64,000 nucleotides of DNA from an uncultured Acidimicrobiaceae bacterium. Its GTDB lineage: Bacteria > Actinomycetota > Acidimicrobiia > Acidimicrobiales > RAAP-2. The translations under genes were made by a program, and so were the position numbers. Below the pieces are notes generated by a model. That model had not been told where the DNA came from. It saw only the letters and a list, made by a program, of their open reading frames with translations, and did no database searches. Shown here piece after piece: positions 36,444 through 44,454 of the stretch. Where the stretch lies: NCBI GenBank assembly GCA_963769905.1, contig CAVYNG010000002.1:772040-836039 (forward strand). Reading direction: 5' to 3'. Position 1 is the first letter of the stretch, and each line of letters opens with the position of its first letter.

Positions 36444-37652
36444 CTAGCTGAGCCGTTCCACGATCATCGCCATGCCCTGGCCGCCGCCCACGCACATGGT
36501 CTCGAGCCCGATGGTCTTGCCCGTGTCCTCGAGCGCATTGAGCAACGTGGTCATGATGCGCGCCCCGGTCTGACCGAAGGGATGGCCGAGCGCAATCGCC
36601 CCGCCACGGACGTTGAGCTTGTCCCACCCGATGCCGAGCTCCCTGGCGCACGGGATCACTTGGGCCGCGAACGCTTCGTTCAGCTCGACGAGGTCGATGT
36701 CGTCGATGGTCATGCCGGCCCGGCGCAAGGTCTGCCGGACGGCCTCGACCGGGCCAAGGCCCATGATCTCGGGGTTGAGACCGGACACCCCGCTGGCGAT
36801 GATCCGGGCGAGCGGCGCGATCCCGAGCTCGCGCGCCCGGGTATCGCTCATCACCACGACGGCAGCTGCCCCGTCGTTGAGCGGGCAGGCGTTGCCGGCG
36901 GTCACCGTGCCGCCCTCTCGGAAGACCGGCTTGAGCTCGGACAGGCCTTCGAGGGTGGTGCCCGGACGTGGACCGTCGTCCTTGGTGACAACCGTACCGT
37001 CCGGAGTGGTCACCGGGATGATCTCGCGTTCGAAGAATCCCGATTCCTGCGCAGCGACAGCGCGGGTCTGGGACTGGAGCGCGAACTCGTCCTGCTCCTC
37101 GCGGCTGACCTTCTTGAACTCGGCGACGTTCTCGGCGGTCTGCCCCATCGCGATGTAGACGTCGGGAAGGACTCCCTCGAGCGGTGTCCACGGCGCGCCG
37201 GCCTTTGGTGTGCGCTCGGTCGTGCGAGCCTCGGCGGTGACGAACGCCTCGTTGTGCGGCCCGACGTCCGCCGCACCGAACCCATAGCGACTGACTGCCT
37301 CGACGCCAGCGGCGACGAAGACGTCGCCTTCGCCAGCTCGGATCGCGTGGGCGGCCATCCGGATGGTCTGGAGCGAGGAGGAGCAGTAGCGATTGACGGT
37401 GACTCCGGGCACCTCGGGTAGTCCGGCAAGAAGACCTGCCACTCGACCGACGTTGTAGCCCGCCTCGCCGGCCGGTTGCCCGTTACCGAGCAACACGTCC
37501 TCGACCGTGTTGGGGTCGAGCGCCGCGAGCTTGGCGAGGACCTCCTTGATCACCAGCGCGGCGAGGTCGTCGGGCCGGCAGTCGATGAGGGAACCTTTGC
37601 GGGCACGCCCGATCGGGGTGCGCCCGGTGGCGACGATGACGGCTTCGGGCAT
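36444..37652 (-). CDS. Acetyl-CoA C-acyltransferase (thiolase)
   Basis: 402 aa. NRYCSSSLQ (nucleophilic Cys), NEAFAAQ, GGAIALGHPFGQTGAR and CVGGGQGMA. Confidence 0.93.
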   Translation of the reverse strand: MPEAVIVATGRTPIGRARKGSLIDCRPDDLAALVIKEVLAKLAALDPNTVEDVLLGNGQPAGEAGYNVGRVAGLLAGLPEVPGVTVNRYCSSSLQTIRMAAHAIRAGEGDVFVAAGVEAVSRYGFGAADVGPHNEAFVTAEARTTERTPKAGAPWTPLEGVLPDVYIAMGQTAENVAEFKKVSREEQDEFALQSQTRAVAAQESGFFEREIIPVTTPDGTVVTKDDGPRPGTTLEGLSELKPVFREGGTVTAGNACPLNDGAAAVVVMSDTRARELGIAPLARIIASGVSGLNPEIMGLGPVEAVRQTLRRAGMTIDDIDLVELNEAFAAQVIPCARELGIGWDKLNVRGGAIALGHPFGQTGARIMTTLLNALEDTGKTIGLETMCVGGGQGMAMIVERLS

Positions 37653-37822
37653 GTGGGCTCCTCTGGTGCGAGCGGCTCGCTGCGGTCGGCGGGGACCTTG
37701 CCGATGTCGGCCGCGAATGCAGATGGCACGCGCAGGCTAGTTGGTCCGTACCGGTGTCAGGGCAGCCGGCACCACCGGCCGGCCGAACCGGAATGGGCCG
37801 GGGTCGGAGCCGGAACCCCTGA

Positions 37823-37836
37823 TGTAACGTGTTCTA
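37823..37836. promoter_or_regulatory. KstR-type operator match TGTAACGTGTTCTA (consensus TnnAACnnGTTnnA)
   Basis: Exact fit to the published KstR consensus pattern as I recall it. It lies in the 235-bp divergent region between the thiolase (minus) and the acyl-CoA dehydrogenase pair (plus), 52 nt upstream of ATG 37888. No TetR gene is present in the window. Confidence 0.5.
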
Positions 37837-37887
37837 GCGCTCAGCGGGTCGTCGGTCTGAGCGAGGCGCGCCAGCGAGAGGGAATCG

Positions 37888-39063
37888 ATGGAGATCGGCT
37901 ACACCGAGGAGCAAGAGGCACTCCGGACCCGTCTGCGCGAGTACTACGCCGAGCTCTTGACGCCGGAAGTGGAGGCGCAGCTGGCCTCGAGCCACGGCAT
38001 CGGGCCGCACATGCGCCGAGTGGTGAAGCAGATGGCGACAGACGGCTGGCTCGGCATCGGTTGGCCGACCGAGTACGGGGGACAGGGTCGCTCCGCCATC
38101 GAGCAGTACATCTTCTTCGACGAGTCGATGCGGGCCGGTGCGCCGGTCCCGATGCTCACCATCAACACGGTGGGGCCGACCATCATGCAGTTCGGCACCC
38201 CCGAGCAGAAGGAGTCCTTCCTGCCGCGGATCTTGGCGGGTGAGATCCATTTCTGCATCGGCTACACCGAGCCGGAAGCCGGAACCGATCTCGCGTCCCT
38301 GCAGACCCGAGCCGTGCGCGACGGGGACGAGTACGTCATCAACGGCCAGAAGATCTTCACCTCGCTCGCAGGGGATGCCGACTACATCTGGCTCGCCACG
38401 AGGACTGATCCCGAGGTCGCCAAGCACAAGGGCATCTCGATCTTCATCGTCCCGATGGACACACCGGGCATCAAGGTGGTGCCGATGCACCTCCTCGGCG
38501 AGCACAACATCAACTACACGTTCTACGAGGACGTCCGCGTGCCCGCCGCCAACTTGGTCGGCGGCGAGAACAACGGCTGGTCCCTGATCACCAACCAGCT
38601 CAACCACGAGCGGGTCACCCTCTGCTCTGCTGGCATCGTCGAGCGGGCGCTCACCGACGTGCGCCTCTGGGCGCAACAGACGAAGCTCGCCGACGGGCGT
38701 CGGGTCATCGACCAGGAGTGGGTCCAGATCCACCTCGCCCGGATCCACGCCCGACTCGAGTTCCTAAGACTGATCAACTGGAAGGTGGCCTGGACCGCCA
38801 CCCAAGGTCACCTCGACGTGGCCGACGCGTCGACCACCAAGGTCTTCGGGACCGAGTTCTACATGGAGGCCTTCCGACTGCTCCTCGAGGTGGTCGGCCA
38901 AGCCGGCTACCTGAGCCGCGGCAGTCCCGAAGCGGTGCTCGCGGGTCGGCTCGAGATGTACGCGCGGAGCCTCGTGATCCTGACCTTCGGTGGCGGGACC
39001 AACGAGATCCAACGCGACCTGATTGCCATCTTCGGGCTCGGGATGCCCCGGTCCCTGCGATAG
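37888..39063 (+). CDS. Acyl-CoA dehydrogenase (first of an adjacent pair)
   Basis: 391 aa. GYTEPEAGTDLASL, QKIFTS, FGGGTNEIQRDLIA. Confidence 0.9.
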   Translation: MEIGYTEEQEALRTRLREYYAELLTPEVEAQLASSHGIGPHMRRVVKQMATDGWLGIGWPTEYGGQGRSAIEQYIFFDESMRAGAPVPMLTINTVGPTIMQFGTPEQKESFLPRILAGEIHFCIGYTEPEAGTDLASLQTRAVRDGDEYVINGQKIFTSLAGDADYIWLATRTDPEVAKHKGISIFIVPMDTPGIKVVPMHLLGEHNINYTFYEDVRVPAANLVGGENNGWSLITNQLNHERVTLCSAGIVERALTDVRLWAQQTKLADGRRVIDQEWVQIHLARIHARLEFLRLINWKVAWTATQGHLDVADASTTKVFGTEFYMEAFRLLLEVVGQAGYLSRGSPEAVLAGRLEMYARSLVILTFGGGTNEIQRDLIAIFGLGMPRSLR

Positions 39064-39077
39064 GAGAGCACCAGCCC

Positions 39078-40205
39078 ATGGACTTCTCGTTCAGCGAGGA
39101 ACAAGAGGCGGTCCGCGAGCTCGCCGACCGGATCTTCACCGATCTTTCGACCCACGAGCGGTTACGCGAGATCGAGTCGGAGCCAGATGGCGATTACTTC
39201 GACGGCAAACTCTGGTCGGAACTCGCCGCTGCCGGGCTGCTCGGCATCGCGCTCCCCGAAGAGGTCGGGGGCGCGGGGCTCGACTTCGTCGAGACAGGGC
39301 TGGTGGTAGAGGCCGCAGGTCGCACGGCCGCGTACGTGCCGGTCGTCGAGACGCTCGCGGCCGCGGCGCCGGCGATCGGCGAGTTCGGGACCGAGGCACA
39401 GCGGGCCCGCTGGCTGCCGGGGGTCGTCGATGGCGACACGATCATCACGACCGCGCTGGTCGAGCTCGGCGGCAGCCCGCTGGCCCCTTCGCTCGTCGCG
39501 GAACGCGACGGACACGGTTGGTTGCTCTCGGGCACGAAGCCATGTGTGCCCTCCGGCGTGATCGCGGACCTACTGGTCGTACCGGCAAGGGTCGAGCCCG
39601 ACGCGGTGGCCGTCTTCCTCGTCGAGACCGGCGCTTCCGGTCTGAGCCTCGAGCGGCAGACCACCAACACGGGCAGGCCGGAGGGCCTGTTCACTTTCGC
39701 CGGTGTCAAGGTCGGAGCGGACGCGCTGCTGGGCTCCCCGCAACAGGGCAGAGCCATCACCGAGTGGCTCCTGCTGCGGTCGACCGCGGCGCTCGCGCTC
39801 GCCGAGGCCGGCGCCGCCGCGGCTGCGATCGCGCTCGTCGCGGAGTACACGAAGACACGGGAGCAGTTCGGCAAGGCGATCGCGACGTTCCAGGCAGTCG
39901 GCCAGCGCGCGGCCGACGCCTACGTCGACGCGGAGGCGATCCGGTTGACGGCCTGGCAGGCGGCGTGGCGGATCTCCGAAGGATTGCCGGCCGACCAGGA
40001 AGTCGCGATCGCCAAGTTCTGGGCGGCAGACGGGGGCCAGCGGGTGGTGCACGCCGCAGTGCACCTCCACGGGGGTGTGGGCGTCGACCGCGACTACCCC
40101 CTCCACCGATACTTCCTCATGACCAAGCACATCGAGCTCACCCTCGGTGGCGCGACCGACCAGCTGCTCAAGTTGGGTGCTGCGCTCGCCGCCGAGCCGG
40201 CCTGA
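39078..40205 (+). CDS. Acyl-CoA dehydrogenase family protein (second of pair, possible heteromeric partner)
   Basis: AGGAGA at 39063-39068 with ATG at 39078. The N-terminus MDFSFSEEQEAVRELADRIF is typical of ACADs. C-terminal LGGATDQLLKLG. Confidence 0.85.
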   Translation: MDFSFSEEQEAVRELADRIFTDLSTHERLREIESEPDGDYFDGKLWSELAAAGLLGIALPEEVGGAGLDFVETGLVVEAAGRTAAYVPVVETLAAAAPAIGEFGTEAQRARWLPGVVDGDTIITTALVELGGSPLAPSLVAERDGHGWLLSGTKPCVPSGVIADLLVVPARVEPDAVAVFLVETGASGLSLERQTTNTGRPEGLFTFAGVKVGADALLGSPQQGRAITEWLLLRSTAALALAEAGAAAAAIALVAEYTKTREQFGKAIATFQAVGQRAADAYVDAEAIRLTAWQAAWRISEGLPADQEVAIAKFWAADGGQRVVHAAVHLHGGVGVDRDYPLHRYFLMTKHIELTLGGATDQLLKLGAALAAEPA

Positions 40206-40236
40206 CCGGTCCGATCGCTTTCCTCGCGAGGGGGTG

Positions 40237-40695
40237 ATGCCCGCTGCCTTCTCGCACGTCGGGATCTGCGTGTCCGACCTCGAGCGGTCCCGGCACTTCT
40301 ATCGCGAGGGTCTCGGTTTCGACGAGGTCGGATCGCATCATGTGGGTCACGAGTTCGCCTCCCTCATGGAGGTCGCTGGGGTCGACCTCGATTCGGTGAT
40401 GGTCGCTCGCGACGGTGTCACCGTCGAGCTGCTGAGCTTCCGGGCCCCTGGTTGGACGGGCGAACCGGTGCGACGACCGATGAACCAGCTCGGCCTCACC
40501 CATCTGTCGTTCCGGGTCGACGACGTCGACGTGGCCGCAAGTGCCATCGAGCGCGCCGGCGGGATGGTGATCGACGGCACCCGGACGACCCTGGACGTTC
40601 CGGGGGTCAGCCTCGACTTCGTCTACTGCACCGATCCCGACGGCACCAGGATCGAGCTGATGCGCCTGCCCGGCGACGCCACCGGCGCCGCCTGA
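40237..40695 (+). CDS. VOC-family (glyoxalase/bleomycin-resistance fold) protein
   Basis: FSHVGICVSDLERSRHFYREGLGF...LTHLSFRVDDVD...DPDGTRIEL. Confidence 0.85.
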   Translation: MPAAFSHVGICVSDLERSRHFYREGLGFDEVGSHHVGHEFASLMEVAGVDLDSVMVARDGVTVELLSFRAPGWTGEPVRRPMNQLGLTHLSFRVDDVDVAASAIERAGGMVIDGTRTTLDVPGVSLDFVYCTDPDGTRIELMRLPGDATGAA

Positions 40696-40719
40696 CGGCC
40701 AGCGCCGCGATCGATCGAA

Positions 40720-41019
40720 ATGACCGTCTACCTCGATGACTGGCGGCAGCCTGCACGGCTGGGGCCAGTCGCCGACCGCTGGTCCCATCTTGTCGCCGAC
40801 ACCGAGGACGAGCTCCACGCCTTCGCGGCGCGTCTCGGGATGCGGCGAGAGTGGTTCCAGCACAAGCAGGACCGTCCACACCATGCGCACTACGACGTGC
40901 CCGAACGGGCCCGGCGCGAGGTGCTCGAGATGGGAGCCGTGGCGGTGAGCTGGCGGGAGCTCGGCCGCATGCTGCGCAGGCGCCGCCGGCCTCCGGTCCC
41001 CGGCCGGCAGGCGCGGTGA
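40720..41019 (+). CDS. DUF4031-family protein
   Basis: MTVYLDDWRQPARLGPVADRWSHLVADTEDELHAFAARLGMRREWFQ...HYDV matches my recollection of DUF4031. Not verified by search. Confidence 0.7.
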   Translation: MTVYLDDWRQPARLGPVADRWSHLVADTEDELHAFAARLGMRREWFQHKQDRPHHAHYDVPERARREVLEMGAVAVSWRELGRMLRRRRRPPVPGRQAR

Positions 41020-42509
41020 GCCCTTCCGATCCGGCCTCTCTGGCCGCGTTGGATCCGCGGCTCCCCGTGCTGGTCGGAGTCGGGACCGCCTCCGGAGGCG
41101 CCGAGGCCGCCGACCTGATGGCTGAAGCGCTGCTCGCGGCCGTCGACGATGCCGGGCGCTCCTCCGTCGCCGCCGCGATCGACCGAATCGCCGTCCCGCA
41201 AGGCACCTGGGCGTATCGCGATCCCGGCCGGCTCGTCGCGGATCGAGTCGGCGCACGCGACGCGCGTACCCACCTGGTGGAGCTCGGGATCCCACAACAG
41301 GGCCTGATCGACGACGCGCTGCGCTCAGTCCTCGCGGGTCGGTCGGAAGTGGCGGTCGTGGTCGGCGGCGAGGCGAAGCGGTGGGCACGCGAGTGCGAGC
41401 GCGCGGGCGAGCCCGCCGAAACCGAGCAGCTGGACGTCGAACCGGATGTGACACAGCGCCGGCCGGGGCCGTTGCTCGAACCGGTCGAGGTCGCCCACCG
41501 GCTCTGGGATCCGGTCCTCCAATACGCCATGATCGAGAACGCGCTGCGCGCTGCCGACGGTCAGAGCCTCGCCGAGCACCGTCGCGAAATCGCCGAGCTC
41601 TGGGCCGGATTCAACAGTGTGGCTCGATCGAACCCGGCTTCCGCGTTCGGTGCGCCGATGGATGCGGACCAGATCGACACGCCTTCGGCGGCCAACCGGC
41701 CGCTCGCGTTCCCTTACAACCGGTGGCATGCGAGCCAGTGGACGGTCGATCAGGCCGCGGCGCTGGTGATCTGCTCGGTCGGCGCGGCCCGGCGCCTCGG
41801 TGTGTCCACCGACCGATGGGTCTTCCCGCTGGTGGGAGTCGAGTCGAGCCTCGCAGTGTCACTCCTGCGGCGTGGTCGCCTCGACGCGTGGCCGGCCATG
41901 GGCGTACTCGGGCGTGCGGCCGGCGAGCGGATCGGTCGCCCGATCTCGGAGGTCGAGCTGCTAGAGGTGTACAGCTGTTTTCCTGCAGCTGTCCGCGTGC
42001 AGCAGCGCGAGCTCGGTCTCGACGCCTCGACGATCCCGACGGTGACCGGGGGGATGGCCTTCGCCGGTGGTCCGTTCAACAACTTCGTGTTCCAGGGCAC
42101 CGCAGCGGTCGTCTCGCGACTTCGAGCCGAGCCGACTTCGCTCGGTGCGGTCACCACGGTGAGCGGCCTTCTGACAAAACCGGGCATCGGTGTGTGGTCG
42201 GCCCAGTCCGACGGCTTGCCGCCACTTCTGGCCGACCTCGCTCGCGAGGCCGAGGCGGCGACCGGGGTGGTCGACACAGTCGAGACACTGGACGGCTACG
42301 CGGGCGCAGGGACCGTCGCCACCTACACCGTGACCTACGACGGCTTCGACCCGGTCCGCACCCTGATGCTCTGCGACACCGACGACGGCAGACGGTGCCT
42401 CGCGGTCAGCGAAGACCCAGAACTTGCCCGCGACTCGGTCGGCTCCGAACTGGTGGGAGCGGTCGGTCGGGTCGAAGCCGGTTCGTGCCGGCTCAAGTCC
42501 CCGGGTTGA
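41016..42509 (+). CDS. Thiolase-fold (SCP-x-type) protein without an evident nucleophilic Cys, with a C-terminal OB-fold-like extension
   Basis: GTG 41016 overlaps the DUF4031 stop (GTGA). VLVGVGTAS...EALLAAVDDAG is an N-terminal thiolase pattern. LEVYSCFPAA and VTGGMAFAGGPFNN are C-terminal thiolase motifs. No Cys is found where the acyl-accepting Cys is expected (LVELGIPQQGLIDDA). Confidence 0.7.
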   Translation: MSPSDPASLAALDPRLPVLVGVGTASGGAEAADLMAEALLAAVDDAGRSSVAAAIDRIAVPQGTWAYRDPGRLVADRVGARDARTHLVELGIPQQGLIDDALRSVLAGRSEVAVVVGGEAKRWARECERAGEPAETEQLDVEPDVTQRRPGPLLEPVEVAHRLWDPVLQYAMIENALRAADGQSLAEHRREIAELWAGFNSVARSNPASAFGAPMDADQIDTPSAANRPLAFPYNRWHASQWTVDQAAALVICSVGAARRLGVSTDRWVFPLVGVESSLAVSLLRRGRLDAWPAMGVLGRAAGERIGRPISEVELLEVYSCFPAAVRVQQRELGLDASTIPTVTGGMAFAGGPFNNFVFQGTAAVVSRLRAEPTSLGAVTTVSGLLTKPGIGVWSAQSDGLPPLLADLAREAEAATGVVDTVETLDGYAGAGTVATYTVTYDGFDPVRTLMLCDTDDGRRCLAVSEDPELARDSVGSELVGAVGRVEAGSCRLKSPG

Positions 42510-42554
42510 CGAACCTGCGGGTCCCGGGGGCCAGCGCCCCGCTACCGTGAGGGG

Positions 42555-42989
42555 ATGGCCCTCGAGATCGACCGGGCGTTCGGATTCGTCCGGCAGCACG
42601 ATCGCGGTGTGCTGGTGACTCTCAGGCGTGACGGACGGCCCCAACTCTCCAACATCCTCTACGTCCCGGGGGAGGCGGACGATCTCTCTGTCCGCATCTC
42701 GGTCACCGAGTCACGAGCGAAGACGCGAAACCTGCGCCGCGACCCGAGGGCATCGCTCCACGTGACGCGGGATGACTTCTTCGCGTACGTGGTGCTCGAC
42801 GGCATTGTCGACCTCTCGCCGCCGGCACGGGCGACCGACGACGCGGTCGTCGAGGAGCTCATGGACATCTACCGCCGCGCGCAGGGCGAGCATCCCGACT
42901 GGGACGAGTTCGCGGAGGCGATGGTGGACGAGCAGCGGGTGGTGGCGAGGCTGTCCGCCACGAGCGCCTACGGCATGCTCGGGAGCTGA
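42555..42989 (+). CDS. PPOX-class (F420/FMN-dependent) split-barrel oxidoreductase
   Basis: GVLVTLRRDGRPQLSNILY...TESRAKTRNLRRDPRASLHV pattern. Confidence 0.8.
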   Translation: MALEIDRAFGFVRQHDRGVLVTLRRDGRPQLSNILYVPGEADDLSVRISVTESRAKTRNLRRDPRASLHVTRDDFFAYVVLDGIVDLSPPARATDDAVVEELMDIYRRAQGEHPDWDEFAEAMVDEQRVVARLSATSAYGMLGS

Positions 42990-43013
42990 GCGGCTCCGGC
43001 TCTATCCTCGCCG

Positions 43014-43316
43014 GTGATGGTCCTCGAGCATGCGGTCATCTCGGTTCGAACCGGTAGCGGCCCGGAATTCGAGGCCGCGCTCCAACGAGCACGGCCGATC
43101 ATCGCGTCGTGCCACGGCTTCGTCTCGCTCGAGCTGCGCCGTGGGGTCGAGAATCCCGACAGCTACCTCTTGCTGGTCGAATGGGAGTCGCTCGAAGACC
43201 ACCTGGTCGGGTTCCGCCAGTCGGACGCGTTCCCAAGGTGGCGCGCGGTGATCGGGGAGTATTTCGACGGGTCGCCAGCGGTCGACCACTACGAAGGCGT
43301 CGACGGGCAGGCCTGA
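43014..43316 (+). CDS. Antibiotic-biosynthesis-monooxygenase (ABM) fold protein
   Basis: 100 aa. GFVSLELRRGVENPDSYLLLVEWESLEDHLVGFRQSDAF. Confidence 0.8.
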   Translation: MMVLEHAVISVRTGSGPEFEAALQRARPIIASCHGFVSLELRRGVENPDSYLLLVEWESLEDHLVGFRQSDAFPRWRAVIGEYFDGSPAVDHYEGVDGQA

Positions 43317-43338
43317 CGACCGGCACTTTCTGAGATCA

Positions 43339-44412
43339 CTACTCGCCGGCGAGCTCCCATGCGACCCGGAGGTGCTCGGTCAGCTCCTCGAGCGAGGTTC
43401 GCGCGTTGAGGCCGCTCGTCGACGGCATCACGTACGCGGGTCGTCCCCCGATACCGTCGGGCTGAAGACCGGCGATGGCCTTCGGGTCGACGCCGGCCCT
43501 CCAGCCGGCGAGCCCGACGAAGCAGACCGCTCGCGGCCGAAGCCACTCCACCAGCCGTTCCACCCGCCCATGACCGTGCCGGAACTCAGTGGTGGTGACC
43601 TCCGCCGCGGTCCGGGTGGCCCGCTTGACGAAGTCGGTCATGCCGACGCCGTGGTGGATCAACGCATCGAGAGGATCTCGGTCCTTTCCAACCACCCCTG
43701 CCGCGAGCGCGGCCGGCCAGAACCGATTGCCGGGACGTGCGTAGCCAACTCCCGCGTCGGCGGAGAAGATCGCGGGGTTGATGCCGCAGACGAGTAGCCG
43801 CATACCCGCAGCGACCGTGTCGGCGAGTGTCCGCCCACGCTCCGCACGGAGCCGTATCTCGTCGCCGTCGACGGTCATCGACCCAGGCTCGACGGTGAAC
43901 CCTGCTCCGGTCACCACGTCGTCGAGCTGATCGGCACGCCAGCCCGCGAAGAAGCGTCCGCCAACCGCGTCATCCGGCAGGGTGTCACCCTCATAGCTCC
44001 CCTCGAGGAGCTGGATCGTGAGCGGTGCCCCGACTGCCATCGCCCGGTGGAGGTCCCAGAGGGCGAGAGGGAGCCGGGTCCGTTCGACATGGAGGTGGGT
44101 CATCCACGACCAGCCGCCGCGCAGCGAACCGCGGGCGAAAGGCAGCATCTCGATATCGCCGCGCACGTACATCGCGTCGGGCAGACGTGCCCGGCACGCA
44201 TCGAGCATGACCTCGGATGCGTCGAGCGCGACGGTCGGTGTTCCGAGGTGGGCCAGGTAACGCCCCGCTCCGCAGCCGAGGTCGATGCGCAGGGCGCGCT
44301 CGCCGACCCGCTCGGCGAAGTCCTCGGCATCGGCCTTCCGACCGGGCCTCGAGTGGGACGCAACCCACTCGAGCCCGCGGTCGTCGTAGACGTCGACGGT
44401 TGCTCGGTGCAC
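43339..44412 (-). CDS. Fusion protein: class I SAM-dependent methyltransferase (N-terminal) plus MUG/TDG-family mismatch uracil-DNA glycosylase (C-terminal)
   Basis: N-terminal half: motif I RIDLGCGAGRY...LDASEVML...GDIEMLPF. C-terminal half: LLVCGINPAIFSADAGVGYARPGNRFWPA, GMTDFVKRAT and MPSTSGLNA. These parallel E. coli Mug GINPGLSS...ANRFW...NPSGLS. Confidence 0.8.
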   Translation of the reverse strand: MHRATVDVYDDRGLEWVASHSRPGRKADAEDFAERVGERALRIDLGCGAGRYLAHLGTPTVALDASEVMLDACRARLPDAMYVRGDIEMLPFARGSLRGGWSWMTHLHVERTRLPLALWDLHRAMAVGAPLTIQLLEGSYEGDTLPDDAVGGRFFAGWRADQLDDVVTGAGFTVEPGSMTVDGDEIRLRAERGRTLADTVAAGMRLLVCGINPAIFSADAGVGYARPGNRFWPAALAAGVVGKDRDPLDALIHHGVGMTDFVKRATRTAAEVTTTEFRHGHGRVERLVEWLRPRAVCFVGLAGWRAGVDPKAIAGLQPDGIGGRPAYVMPSTSGLNARTSLEELTEHLRVAWELAGE

Positions 44413-44454
44413 GAGGCGATGGTAGGCCGTGGGACGGCCGGCTCGGCGAGGTAC

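Noticed and set aside
43043-43052. GGTTCGAACC, a T-arm-like motif that could hint at a tRNA
   Set aside because: It lies inside the ABM-fold CDS. No acceptor stem, D arm or anticodon arm can be built around it. No tRNA was found anywhere in the window by eye.
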